Positions 54,471-64,000 of a stretch of 64,000 bases of DNA are shown one piece after another (positions within the stretch are counted from its first letter, which is position 1; every line of letters begins with the position of its first letter). The notes beneath the pieces were generated by a model. The model did not search any database and was not told where the DNA came from. It was given only the letters and a program-made list of their open reading frames with translations. Origin of the DNA: Escherichia coli (GTDB taxonomy: Bacteria > Pseudomonadota > Gammaproteobacteria > Enterobacterales > Enterobacteriaceae); the NCBI RefSeq assembly GCF_013122565.1, contig NZ_CP053258.1. One strand, written 5' to 3'. The translations under genes and the position numbers were made by a program.

Positions 54471-57085
54471 GTATCCTGACCCGGTGGTTGCTTATCCCGC
54501 CGGTCAACGCGCGGCTTATCGGGCGTTATCGCGATTATCGTCGTCACGGTGCGTCGGCTTTCAGCGCGACGCTCGGCTGTTTCTGGATGATCCTGGCCTG
54601 GATTTTTATTCCGCTGGAGCACCCGCGCTGGCAGCGTATTCGCGCAGAACATAAAAACCTGTATCCGCATATCAACGCCTCGCGTCCGCGTCCGCTGGAC
54701 CCGGTCCGTTATCTCATTCAAACATGCTGGTTACTGATCGGTGCATCGCGCAAAGAAACGCCGAAACCGCGCAGGCGGGCATTTTCAGGTCTGCAGAATA
54801 TTCGTGGACGTTACCATCAATGGATGAACGAGCTGCCTGAGCGCGTTAGCCATAAAACACAGCATCTTGATGAGAAAAAAGAGCTCGGCCATTTGAGTGC
54901 CGGGGCGCGGCGGTTGATCCTCGGTATCATCGTCACCTTCTCGCTGATTCTGGCGTTAATCTGCGTTACTCAGCCGTTTAACCCGCTGGCGCAGTTTATC
55001 TTCCTGATGCTGCTGTGGGGGGTAGCGCTGATCGTACGGCGGATGCCGGGGCGCTTCTCGGCGCTAATGTTGATTGTGCTGTCGCTGACCGTTTCTTGCC
55101 GTTATATCTGGTGGCGCTACACCTCTACGCTGAACTGGGATGATCCGGTTAGCCTGGTGTGCGGGCTTATTCTGCTCTTCGCCGAAACGTACGCGTGGAT
55201 TGTGCTGGTGCTCGGCTACTTCCAGGTAGTATGGCCGCTGAATCGTCAGCCGGTGCCATTGCCGAAAGATATGTCGCTGTGGCCGTCGGTGGATATCTTT
55301 GTCCCGACTTACAACGAAGATCTCAACGTGGTGAAAAATACCATTTACGCCTCGCTGGGTATCGACTGGCCGAAAGACAAGCTGAACATCTGGATCCTTG
55401 ATGACGGCGGCAGGGAAGAGTTTCGCCAGTTTGCGCAAAACGTGGGGGTGAAATATATCGCCCGTACTACTCATGAACATGCGAAAGCGGGCAACATCAA
55501 CAATGCGCTGAAATATGCCAAAGGCGAGTTCGTGTCGATTTTCGACTGCGACCACGTACCAACGCGATCGTTCCTGCAAATGACCATGGGCTGGTTCCTG
55601 AAAGAAAAACAACTGGCGATGATGCAGACGCCGCACCACTTCTTCTCGCCGGACCCGTTTGAACGCAACCTGGGGCGTTTTCGTAAAACACCGAACGAAG
55701 GCACGCTGTTCTATGGTTTGGTGCAGGATGGCAACGATATGTGGGACGCCACTTTCTTCTGCGGTTCCTGTGCGGTGATTCGCCGTAAGCCGCTGGATGA
55801 AATTGGCGGCATTGCTGTCGAAACCGTGACTGAAGATGCGCATACTTCTTTGCGTTTGCACCGTCGTGGCTATACCTCCGCGTATATGCGTATTCCGCAG
55901 GCGGCGGGGCTGGCGACCGAAAGTCTGTCGGCGCATATCGGTCAGCGTATTCGCTGGGCGCGCGGGATGGTACAAATCTTCCGTCTCGATAACCCGCTTA
56001 CCGGTAAAGGGCTGAAGTTTGCTCAGCGGCTATGTTACGTCAACGCCATGTTCCACTTCTTGTCGGGCATTCCACGGCTGATCTTCCTGACTGCGCCGCT
56101 GGCGTTCCTGCTGCTTCATGCCTACATCATCTACGCGCCTGCATTGATGATCGCCCTGTTTGTGCTGCCGCATATGATTCATGCCAGCCTGACTAACTCG
56201 AAGATCCAGGGCAAATATCGCCACTCGTTCTGGAGTGAAATCTACGAAACGGTTCTGGCGTGGTATATCGCACCACCGACGCTGGTGGCGCTGATTAACC
56301 CGCACAAAGGCAAATTTAACGTCACCGCCAAAGGTGGACTGGTGGAAGAAGAGTACGTCGACTGGGTGATCTCGCGGCCCTACATCTTCCTTGTTCTGCT
56401 CAACCTGGTGGGCGTTGCGGTAGGCATCTGGCGCTACTTCTATGGCCCGCCAACCGAGATGCTCACCGTGGTCGTCAGTATGGTGTGGGTATTCTACAAC
56501 CTGATTGTTCTTGGCGGCGCAGTTGCGGTATCGGTAGAAAGCAAACAGGTACGCCGATCGCACCGCGTGGAGATGACGATGCCCGCGGCAATTGCCCGCG
56601 AAGATGGTCACCTCTTCTCGTGTACCGTTCAGGATTTCTCCGACGGTGGTTTGGGGATCAAGATCAACGGTCAGGCGCAGATTCTGGAAGGGCAGAAAGT
56701 GAATCTGTTGCTTAAACGTGGTCAGCAGGAATACGTCTTCCCGACCCAGGTGGCGCGCGTGATGGGTAATGAAGTTGGGCTGAAATTAATGCCGCTCACC
56801 ACCCAGCAACATATCGATTTTGTGCAGTGTACGTTTGCCCGTGCGGATACATGGGCGCTCTGGCAGGACAGCTATCCGGAAGATAAGCCGCTGGAAAGTC
56901 TGCTGGATATTCTGAAGCTCGGCTTCCGTGGCTACCGCCATCTGGCGGAGTTTGCGCCTTCTTCGGTGAAGGGCATATTCCGTGTGCTGACTTCTCTGGT
57001 TTCCTGGGTTGTATCGTTTATTCCGCGCCGCCCGGAGCGGAGCGAAACGGCACAACCATCGGATCAGGCTTTGGCTCAACAATGA
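54467..57085 (+). CDS. bcsA: cellulose synthase catalytic subunit (c-di-GMP activated)
   Basis: 872-aa GT-2 protein with QxxRW (QRIRWARG) and C-terminal PilZ region; overlaps bcsQ stop by 4 nt. Confidence 0.95.
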   Translation: MSILTRWLLIPPVNARLIGRYRDYRRHGASAFSATLGCFWMILAWIFIPLEHPRWQRIRAEHKNLYPHINASRPRPLDPVRYLIQTCWLLIGASRKETPKPRRRAFSGLQNIRGRYHQWMNELPERVSHKTQHLDEKKELGHLSAGARRLILGIIVTFSLILALICVTQPFNPLAQFIFLMLLWGVALIVRRMPGRFSALMLIVLSLTVSCRYIWWRYTSTLNWDDPVSLVCGLILLFAETYAWIVLVLGYFQVVWPLNRQPVPLPKDMSLWPSVDIFVPTYNEDLNVVKNTIYASLGIDWPKDKLNIWILDDGGREEFRQFAQNVGVKYIARTTHEHAKAGNINNALKYAKGEFVSIFDCDHVPTRSFLQMTMGWFLKEKQLAMMQTPHHFFSPDPFERNLGRFRKTPNEGTLFYGLVQDGNDMWDATFFCGSCAVIRRKPLDEIGGIAVETVTEDAHTSLRLHRRGYTSAYMRIPQAAGLATESLSAHIGQRIRWARGMVQIFRLDNPLTGKGLKFAQRLCYVNAMFHFLSGIPRLIFLTAPLAFLLLHAYIIYAPALMIALFVLPHMIHASLTNSKIQGKYRHSFWSEIYETVLAWYIAPPTLVALINPHKGKFNVTAKGGLVEEEYVDWVISRPYIFLVLLNLVGVAVGIWRYFYGPPTEMLTVVVSMVWVFYNLIVLGGAVAVSVESKQVRRSHRVEMTMPAAIAREDGHLFSCTVQDFSDGGLGIKINGQAQILEGQKVNLLLKRGQQEYVFPTQVARVMGNEVGLKLMPLTTQQHIDFVQCTFARADTWALWQDSYPEDKPLESLLDILKLGFRGYRHLAEFAPSSVKGIFRVLTSLVSWVVSFIPRRPERSETAQPSDQALAQQ

Positions 57086-57095
57086 TGATAACGCG

Positions 57096-59435
57096 ATGAA
57101 AAGAAAACTATTCTGGATTTGTGCAGTGGCTATGGGGATGAGTGCGTTCCCCTCTTTCATGACGCAGGCGACGCCAGCAACGCAACCACTGATCAATGCT
57201 GAGCCAGCTGTAGCCGCCCAGACGGAACAGAATCCGCAGGTTGGGCAAGTGATGCCGGGCGTGCAGGGCGCTGATGCGCCAGTCGTGGCGCAGAACGGTC
57301 CTTCGCGTGATGTGAAGCTGACCTTTGCGCAAATTGCGCCGCCGCCGGGAAGCATGGTGCTACGTGGCATTAACCCGAACGGCAGCATTGAGTTTGGTAT
57401 GCGCAGCGATGAAGTGGTGACGAAGGCGATGCTCAACCTCGAATACACGCCATCGCCATCGTTACTGCCTGTCCAGTCGCAGTTAAAGGTTTATCTCAAT
57501 GATGAACTGATGGGCGTGTTGCCAGTGACCAAAGAACAGTTGGGTAAAAAAACGCTGGCGCAAATGCCCATTAACCCACTGTTTATTACCGACTTCAACC
57601 GTGTGCGGCTGGAGTTTGTCGGCCATTATCAGGACGTGTGCGAAAACCCGGCCAGCACCACGCTTTGGCTGGATGTTGGGCGGAGCAGTGGACTGGATTT
57701 GACCTATCAGACCCTGAATGTGAAGAATGACCTGTCACACTTCCCGGTACCATTCTTTGATCCGCGTGATAACCGTACTAACACCTTGCCGATGGTCTTT
57801 GCGGGTGCGCCGGATGTCGGGCTGCAACAAGCATCTGCCATTGTCGCCTCGTGGTTTGGTTCGCGTTCTGGCTGGCGTGGGCAGAACTTCCCGGTGCTCT
57901 ATAACCAGCTGCCGGATCGCAATGCCATTGTTTTTGCCACTAATGACAAACGCCCGGACTTCCTGCGCGATCATCCGGCGGTAAAAGCCCCGGTGATTGA
58001 GATGATCAACCATCCGCAGAATCCTTATGTCAAACTGCTGGTGGTGTTTGGTCGTGACGACAAAGACCTGTTGCAGGCAGCGAAAGGTATCGCTCAGGGT
58101 AACATTCTGTTCCGTGGTGAAAGCGTGGTAGTGAATGAAGTGAAACCGCTGCTACCGCGTAAGCCGTACGATGCGCCGAACTGGGTGCGTACCGATCGTC
58201 CGGTCACCTTTGGTGAACTGAAAACCTATGAAGAACAGTTACAATCCAGCGGTCTTGAGCCGGCAGCGATTAACGTTTCGCTAAACCTGCCACCGGATCT
58301 CTACCTGATGCGCAGTACCGGCATTGATATGGATATCAACTATCGCTACACCATGCCGCCGGTGAAAGACAGTTCGCGGATGGATATCAGCCTGAATAAC
58401 CAGTTCCTGCAATCTTTCAACCTGAGCAGCAAACAGGAGGCGAACCGCCTGCTGCTGCGGATTCCGGTATTACAAGGTTTGCTGGATGGCAAAACGGATG
58501 TCTCTATTCCGGCGCTGAAACTGGGCGCGACCAACCAGCTGCGCTTCGACTTTGAGTATATGAACCCGATGCCGGGCGGTTCGGTGGATAACTGTATTAC
58601 CTTCCAGCCGGTGCAGAATCATGTGGTGATTGGTGACGATTCCACCATCGACTTCTCGAAGTATTACCACTTCATCCCGATGCCGGATCTACGCGCCTTT
58701 GCTAACGCGGGCTTCCCGTTCAGCCGGATGGCGGATCTGTCGCAAACCATCACCGTGATGCCGAAAACGCCTAACGAAGCACAGATGGAAACGTTGCTGA
58801 ATACTGTTGGTTTTATCGGCGCACAGACGGGCTTCCCGGCGATTAATCTGACGGTGACCGATGATGGCAGCACCATTCAGGGCAAAGATGCCGACATCAT
58901 GATCATCGGTGGTATTCCGGACAAATTAAAAGACGATAAGCAAATCGACCTGTTGGTGCAGGCGACCGAAAGCTGGGTGAAAACACCGATGCGCCAGACC
59001 CCGTTCCCCGGCATTGTGCCGGACGAGAGCGATCGCGCGGCAGAAACCCAGTCAACGCTGACCTCTTCCGGTGCGATGGCGGCGGTGATTGGCTTCCAGT
59101 CGCCGTATAACGACCAGCGCAGCGTGATTGCGCTGCTGGCAGATAGCCCACGCGGTTATGAAATGCTTAACGATGCGGTGAACGATAGCGGCAAACGCGC
59201 CACCATGTTCGGTTCGGTCGCGGTGATCCGCGAGTCCGGTATCAACAGCCTACGTGTTGGCGACGTTTATTACGTAGGTCATCTGCCGTGGTTCGAGCGC
59301 TTGTGGTATGCGCTGGCAAACCATCCGATTCTGCTGGCGGTGCTGGCGGCTATCAGTGTGATATTGCTGGCATGGGTACTGTGGCGTCTGCTGCGTATTA
59401 TTAGTCGTCGTCGTCTTAACCCGGATAACGAGTAA
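57096..59435 (+). CDS. bcsB: cellulose synthase periplasmic subunit BcsB
   Basis: Start at MKRKLFWICAVAMGMSAF signal peptide (codon 30 of track ORF); 779 aa. Confidence 0.9.
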   Translation: MKRKLFWICAVAMGMSAFPSFMTQATPATQPLINAEPAVAAQTEQNPQVGQVMPGVQGADAPVVAQNGPSRDVKLTFAQIAPPPGSMVLRGINPNGSIEFGMRSDEVVTKAMLNLEYTPSPSLLPVQSQLKVYLNDELMGVLPVTKEQLGKKTLAQMPINPLFITDFNRVRLEFVGHYQDVCENPASTTLWLDVGRSSGLDLTYQTLNVKNDLSHFPVPFFDPRDNRTNTLPMVFAGAPDVGLQQASAIVASWFGSRSGWRGQNFPVLYNQLPDRNAIVFATNDKRPDFLRDHPAVKAPVIEMINHPQNPYVKLLVVFGRDDKDLLQAAKGIAQGNILFRGESVVVNEVKPLLPRKPYDAPNWVRTDRPVTFGELKTYEEQLQSSGLEPAAINVSLNLPPDLYLMRSTGIDMDINYRYTMPPVKDSSRMDISLNNQFLQSFNLSSKQEANRLLLRIPVLQGLLDGKTDVSIPALKLGATNQLRFDFEYMNPMPGGSVDNCITFQPVQNHVVIGDDSTIDFSKYYHFIPMPDLRAFANAGFPFSRMADLSQTITVMPKTPNEAQMETLLNTVGFIGAQTGFPAINLTVTDDGSTIQGKDADIMIIGGIPDKLKDDKQIDLLVQATESWVKTPMRQTPFPGIVPDESDRAAETQSTLTSSGAMAAVIGFQSPYNDQRSVIALLADSPRGYEMLNDAVNDSGKRATMFGSVAVIRESGINSLRVGDVYYVGHLPWFERLWYALANHPILLAVLAAISVILLAWVLWRLLRIISRRRLNPDNE

Positions 59436-60548
59436 TTGAAGATGAATGTGTTGCGTAGTGGACTCGTGACGATGCTGCTGCTGGCTGCCTTTAGTGTTCA
59501 GGCAGCCTGTACCTGGCCTGCCTGGGAGCAGTTTAAAAAGGATTACATCAGTCAGGAAGGGCGCGTCATCGACCCCAGCGACGCGCGCAAAATCACCACC
59601 TCCGAAGGGCAAAGTTACGGTATGTTCTTTGCCCTGGCGGCTAACGACCGTGCAGCTTTCGATAATATTCTCGACTGGACGCAGAACAATCTCGCTCAGG
59701 GTTCTTTAAAAGAACGTTTGCCCGCCTGGCTGTGGGGCAAGAAAGAGAACAGTAAGTGGGAAGTGCTGGACAGCAATTCGGCCTCCGATGGTGATGTCTG
59801 GATGGCCTGGTCGTTGCTGGAGGCGGGGCGTTTGTGGAAAGAGCAGCGTTATACCGACATCGGCAGCGCGTTGCTAAAACGTATTGCGCGGGAGGAAGTG
59901 GTGACGGTGCCTGGGCTGGGTTCCATGTTGTTACCGGGCAAAGTGGGTTTTGCTGAGGATAACAGCTGGCGTTTTAACCCCAGCTACCTGCCGCCGACGC
60001 TGGCGCAGTATTTCACCCGCTTTGGCGCGCCGTGGACTACGCTGCGCGAAACCAATCAACGTTTATTGCTGGAAACCGCCCCGAAAGGCTTTTCGCCAGA
60101 CTGGGTGCGCTATGAGAAAGACAAAGGCTGGCAGCTAAAAGCCGAAAAAACATTGATCAGCAGCTACGACGCTATCCGCGTTTACATGTGGGTAGGCATG
60201 ATGCCTGACAGCGATCCGCAGAAAGCGCGGATGCTCAACCGGTTTAAACCGATGGCGACATTCACTGAGAAAAACGGTTATCCGCCGGAAAAAGTGGATG
60301 TGGCTACGGGGAAAGCGCAGGGTAAAGGACCGGTCGGTTTTTCTGCCGCCATGCTGCCCTTTTTACAAAACCGCGATGCGCAGGCCGTTCAGCGCCAGCG
60401 CGTGGCCGATAACTTTCCCGGCAGCGATGCCTATTACAACTATGTGCTGACCCTGTTTGGACAAGGCTGGGATCAACACCGTTTCCGCTTCTCGACAAAA
60501 GGTGAGTTATTACCTGACTGGGGCCAGGAATGCGCAAATTCACACTAA
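59436..60548 (+). CDS. bcsZ: endo-1,4-beta-glucanase (GH8)
   Basis: 370-aa ORF with signal peptide; matches BcsZ; true start may be the ATG at 59442. Confidence 0.9.
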   Translation: MKMNVLRSGLVTMLLLAAFSVQAACTWPAWEQFKKDYISQEGRVIDPSDARKITTSEGQSYGMFFALAANDRAAFDNILDWTQNNLAQGSLKERLPAWLWGKKENSKWEVLDSNSASDGDVWMAWSLLEAGRLWKEQRYTDIGSALLKRIAREEVVTVPGLGSMLLPGKVGFAEDNSWRFNPSYLPPTLAQYFTRFGAPWTTLRETNQRLLLETAPKGFSPDWVRYEKDKGWQLKAEKTLISSYDAIRVYMWVGMMPDSDPQKARMLNRFKPMATFTEKNGYPPEKVDVATGKAQGKGPVGFSAAMLPFLQNRDAQAVQRQRVADNFPGSDAYYNYVLTLFGQGWDQHRFRFSTKGELLPDWGQECANSH

Positions 60549-63500
60549 ACATATTCACGCTTTCCCTCGGTCTGGCCGTCATGCCGATGGTCGAGGCAGC
60601 ACCAACCGCTCAGCAACAGTTGCTGGAGCAAGTTCGGTTAGGCGAAGCGACCCATCGTGAAGATCTGGTGCAACAGTCGTTATATCGGCTGGAACTTATT
60701 GATCCGAATAACCCGGACGTCGTTGCCGCCCGTTTCCGTTCTTTGTTACGTCAGGGCGATATTGATGGCGCGCAAAAACAGCTCGATCGGCTGTCGCAGT
60801 TAGCGCCGAGTTCAAATGCGTATAAATCGTCGCGGACTACGATGCTGCTTTCCACGCCAGATGGTCGTCAGGCACTGCAACAGGCAAGATTGCAGGCGAC
60901 GACTGGTCATGCAGAAGAAGCTGTGGCGAGTTACAACAAACTGTTCAACGGTGCGCCGCCGGAAGGTGACATTGCCGTCGAGTACTGGAGTACGGTGGCG
61001 AAAATTCCGGCTCGCCGTGGCGAAGCGATTAATCAGCTAAAACGCATTAATGCGGATACGCCGGGCAATACGGGCTTGCAAAACAATCTGGCGCTATTGC
61101 TGTTTAGTAGCGATCGCCGTGACGAAGGTTTTGCCGTCCTGGAACAGATGGCGAAATCGAACGCCGGGCGCGAAGGGGCCTCTAAAATCTGGTACGGGCA
61201 GATTAAAGACATGCCCGTCAGTGATGCCAGTGTGTCGGCGCTGAAAAAATATCTTTCGATCTTTAGTGATGGCGATAGCGTGGCGGCTGCGCAATCGCAA
61301 CTGGCAGAACAGCAAAAACAGCTGGCCGATCCTGCTTTCCGCGCTCGTGCGCAAGGTTTAGCGGCGGTGGACTCTGGTATGGCGGGTAAAGCCATTCCCG
61401 AACTACAACAGGCGGTGCGGGCGAACCCGAAAGACAGTGAGGCTCTGGGGGCGCTGGGCCAGGCGTATTCTCAGAAAGGCGATCGCGCCAATGCAGTGGC
61501 GAATCTGGAAAAAGCCCTCGCACTGGATCCGCACAGCAGCAACAACGACAAATGGAACAGTCTGCTGAAAGTAAACCGCTACTGGCTGGCGATCCAGCAG
61601 GGCGATGCTGCGCTGAAAGCCAATAATCCTGACCGGGCAGAACGCCTGTTCCAGCAGGCGCGTAATGTCGATAACACCGACAGTTATGCAGTGCTGGGGC
61701 TGGGCGATGTGGCGATGGCGCGAAAAGATTATCCCGCCGCCGAACGTTATTATCAGCAGACCTTGCGTATGGACAGCGGCAACACTAACGCCGTGCGCGG
61801 GCTGGCAAATATTTACCGCCAGCAATCGCCAGAAAAAGCTGCAGCGTTTATCGCCTCGCTCTCTGCCAGTCAGCGGCGTAGCATTGATGATATCGAACGC
61901 AGCCTGCAAAACGACCGTCTGGCACAGCAGGCAGAGGCACTGGAAAACCAGGGCAAATGGGCGCAGGCGGCAGCACTTCAGCGGCAACGACTGGCGCTGG
62001 ACCCCGGCAGTGTATGGATTACTTACCGACTTTCGCAGGATCTCTGGCAGGCCGGACAACGCAGCCAGGCTGATACGTTAATGCGCAATCTGGCGCAGCA
62101 GAAGCCGAACGACCCGGAGCAGGTTTACGCTTACGGGCTGTACCTCTCTGGTCATGACCAGGACAGAGCGGCGCTGGCGCATATCAACAGCCTGCCGCGT
62201 GCGCAGTGGAGCAGCAATATTCAGGAGCTGGTTAATCGACTGCAAAGCGATCAGGTGCTGGAAACCGCTAATCGCCTGCGAGAAAGCGGCAAAGCAGCTG
62301 AAGCGGAAGCGATGCTGCGTCAGCAACCACCTTCCACGCGTATTGACCTCACGCTGGCTGACTGGGCGCAGCAGCGACGTGATTACACCGCCGCCCGCGC
62401 TGCATATCAGAATGTCCTGACGCGGGAGCCAACTAACGCCGATGCCATTCTGGGGCTGACGGAAGTGGATATTGCTGCCGGTGACACAGCGGCGGCACGT
62501 AGCCAGCTGGCGAAACTGCCCGCTACCGATAACGCCTCGCTGAACACACAGCGGCGCGTGGCGCTGGCGCAGGCGCAGCTTGGCGATACCGCAGCGGCGC
62601 AGCAGACGTTTAATAAGTTGATCCCGCAGGCAAAATCTCAGCCACCGTCGATGGAAAGCGCGATGGTGCTGCGCGACGGTGCGAAGTTTGAAGCGCAGGC
62701 GGGCGATCCAAAGCAGGCGCTGGAAACCTACAAAGACGCCATGGTCGCATCCGGTGTGACTACGACGCGTCCGCAGGATAACGACACCTTTACCCGACTG
62801 ACCCGTAACGACGAGAAAGATGACTGGCTGAAACGCGGCGTGCGCAGCGATGCGGCGGACCTCTATCGCCAGCAGGATCTTAACGTCACCCTTGAGCATG
62901 ATTACTGGGGTTCGAGCGGCACCGGTGGTTACTCCGATCTGAAAGCCCACACTACCATGTTGCAGGTGGATGCGCCGTATTCTGACGGGCGGATGTTCTT
63001 TCGCAGTGATTTCGTCAATATGAATGTCGGCAGTTTCTCCACTAATGCCGATGGCAAATGGAATGACAACTGGGGCACCTGTACATTACAGGATTGTAGC
63101 GGCAACCGCAGCCAGTCGGATTCCGGTGCCAGCGTGGCGGTTGGCTGGCGCAACGACACCTGGAGCTGGGATATCGGCACCACGCCGATGGGCTTCAACG
63201 TGGTGGATGTGGTCGGCGGCATCAGTTACAGCGATGATATCGGGCCGCTGGGTTACACCGTTAACGCCCACCGTCGGCCCATCTCCAGTTCTTTGCTGGC
63301 CTTTGGCGGGCAAAAAGACTCCCCGAGCAATACCGGGAAAAAATGGGGCGGCGTGCGTGCCGACGGCGTGGGGCTAAGCCTGAGCTACGATAAAGGTGAA
63401 GCAAACGGCGTCTGGGCATCGCTTAGTGGCGACCAGTTAACCGGTAAAAATGTCGAAGATAACTGGCGTGTGCGCTGGATGACGGGCTATTACTATAAGG

Positions 63501-64000
63501 TCATCAACCAGAACAATCGCCGCGTCACAATCGGCCTGAACAACATGATCTGGCATTACGACAAAGACCTGAGTGGCTACTCACTAGGTCAGGGCGGTTA
63601 CTACAGCCCGCAGGAATACCTGTCGTTTGCCATACCGGTGATGTGGCGGGAGCGCACGGAAAACTGGTCGTGGGAGCTTGGGGCGTCTGGCTCGTGGTCG
63701 CATTCACGCACCAAAACCATGCCGCGTTATCCGCTGATGAATCTGATCCCGACCGACTGGCAGGAAGAAGCTGCGCGGCAATCCAACGATGGCGGCAGCA
63801 GTCAGGGCTTCGGCTACACGGCGCGGGCATTACTTGAACGACGTGTTACTTCCAACTGGTTTGTCGGCACGGCAATTGATATCCAGCAGGCGAAAGATTA
63901 CGCACCCAGCCATTTCCTGCTCTACGTACGTTATTCCGCCGCCGGATGGCAGGGTGACATGGATTTACCGCCGCAGCCGCTGATACCTTACGCCGACTGG
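60530..64000 (+). CDS. bcsC: cellulose synthase outer-membrane/TPR subunit BcsC, stop codon beyond window end
   Basis: Frame open from ATG 60530 ([23 protein letters not shown]) to the last base; final codons LIPYADW match the BcsC C-terminus; overlaps bcsZ by 19 nt. Confidence 0.9.
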   Translation, partial: MRKFTLNIFTLSLGLAVMPMVEAAPTAQQQLLEQVRLGEATHREDLVQQSLYRLELIDPNNPDVVAARFRSLLRQGDIDGAQKQLDRLSQLAPSSNAYKSSRTTMLLSTPDGRQALQQARLQATTGHAEEAVASYNKLFNGAPPEGDIAVEYWSTVAKIPARRGEAINQLKRINADTPGNTGLQNNLALLLFSSDRRDEGFAVLEQMAKSNAGREGASKIWYGQIKDMPVSDASVSALKKYLSIFSDGDSVAAAQSQLAEQQKQLADPAFRARAQGLAAVDSGMAGKAIPELQQAVRANPKDSEALGALGQAYSQKGDRANAVANLEKALALDPHSSNNDKWNSLLKVNRYWLAIQQGDAALKANNPDRAERLFQQARNVDNTDSYAVLGLGDVAMARKDYPAAERYYQQTLRMDSGNTNAVRGLANIYRQQSPEKAAAFIASLSASQRRSIDDIERSLQNDRLAQQAEALENQGKWAQAAALQRQRLALDPGSVWITYRLSQDLWQAGQRSQADTLMRNLAQQKPNDPEQVYAYGLYLSGHDQDRAALAHINSLPRAQWSSNIQELVNRLQSDQVLETANRLRESGKAAEAEAMLRQQPPSTRIDLTLADWAQQRRDYTAARAAYQNVLTREPTNADAILGLTEVDIAAGDTAAARSQLAKLPATDNASLNTQRRVALAQAQLGDTAAAQQTFNKLIPQAKSQPPSMESAMVLRDGAKFEAQAGDPKQALETYKDAMVASGVTTTRPQDNDTFTRLTRNDEKDDWLKRGVRSDAADLYRQQDLNVTLEHDYWGSSGTGGYSDLKAHTTMLQVDAPYSDGRMFFRSDFVNMNVGSFSTNADGKWNDNWGTCTLQDCSGNRSQSDSGASVAVGWRNDTWSWDIGTTPMGFNVVDVVGGISYSDDIGPLGYTVNAHRRPISSSLLAFGGQKDSPSNTGKKWGGVRADGVGLSLSYDKGEANGVWASLSGDQLTGKNVEDNWRVRWMTGYYYKVINQNNRRVTIGLNNMIWHYDKDLSGYSLGQGGYYSPQEYLSFAIPVMWRERTENWSWELGASGSWSHSRTKTMPRYPLMNLIPTDWQEEAARQSNDGGSSQGFGYTARALLERRVTSNWFVGTAIDIQQAKDYAPSHFLLYVRYSAAGWQGDMDLPPQPLIPYADW

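Noticed and set aside
55064-55975. 303-aa minus-strand ORF inside bcsA, and similar ORFs inside bcsC (61403-62059, 62078-62950), yiaD (26195-26824 on plus) and xylA (12345-12821)
   Set aside because: Antisense shadow ORFs within recognised genes; no independent coding evidence.

Overview
This window is an Escherichia coli chromosomal segment, identified by recognising the translated ORFs from memory (no database search was run). Gene order is yiaJ-ysaA-avtA-malS-bax-xylRHGF/xylAB-yiaB-yiaA-wecH-ysaB-glyQ-glyS, then a small accessory islet next to cspA, then yiaG-yiaF-ghrB-yiaD-bisC-yiaC-tag-yhjY-yhjX, an lpf-type chaperone-usher fimbrial operon, eptB, tRNA-Pro (proK), dppABCDF, yhjV, three tandem LDR-D type I toxin-antitoxin repeats, and the cellulose loci bcsGFE and bcsRQABZ plus bcsC running off the window end. 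Several markers indicate a non-K-12 strain: the lpf operon between yhjX and eptB, three LDR-D copies, an intact bcsQ codon 6, and extra DNA between glyS and cspA. I found no large multi-gene candidate for a new system (no CRISPR array, no defence-island-like cluster). The only poorly explained coding elements are two small ORFs flanking the IS150/hokA locus: an AT-rich 119-codon orphan ORF (20260-20619) and a 123-aa YidD-like protein with a cysteine-rich tail (22680-23051). Their function cannot be read from the sequence alone. Many ORF-track entries begin at upstream in-frame codons; where I recognised the protein I give the shorter conventional start.
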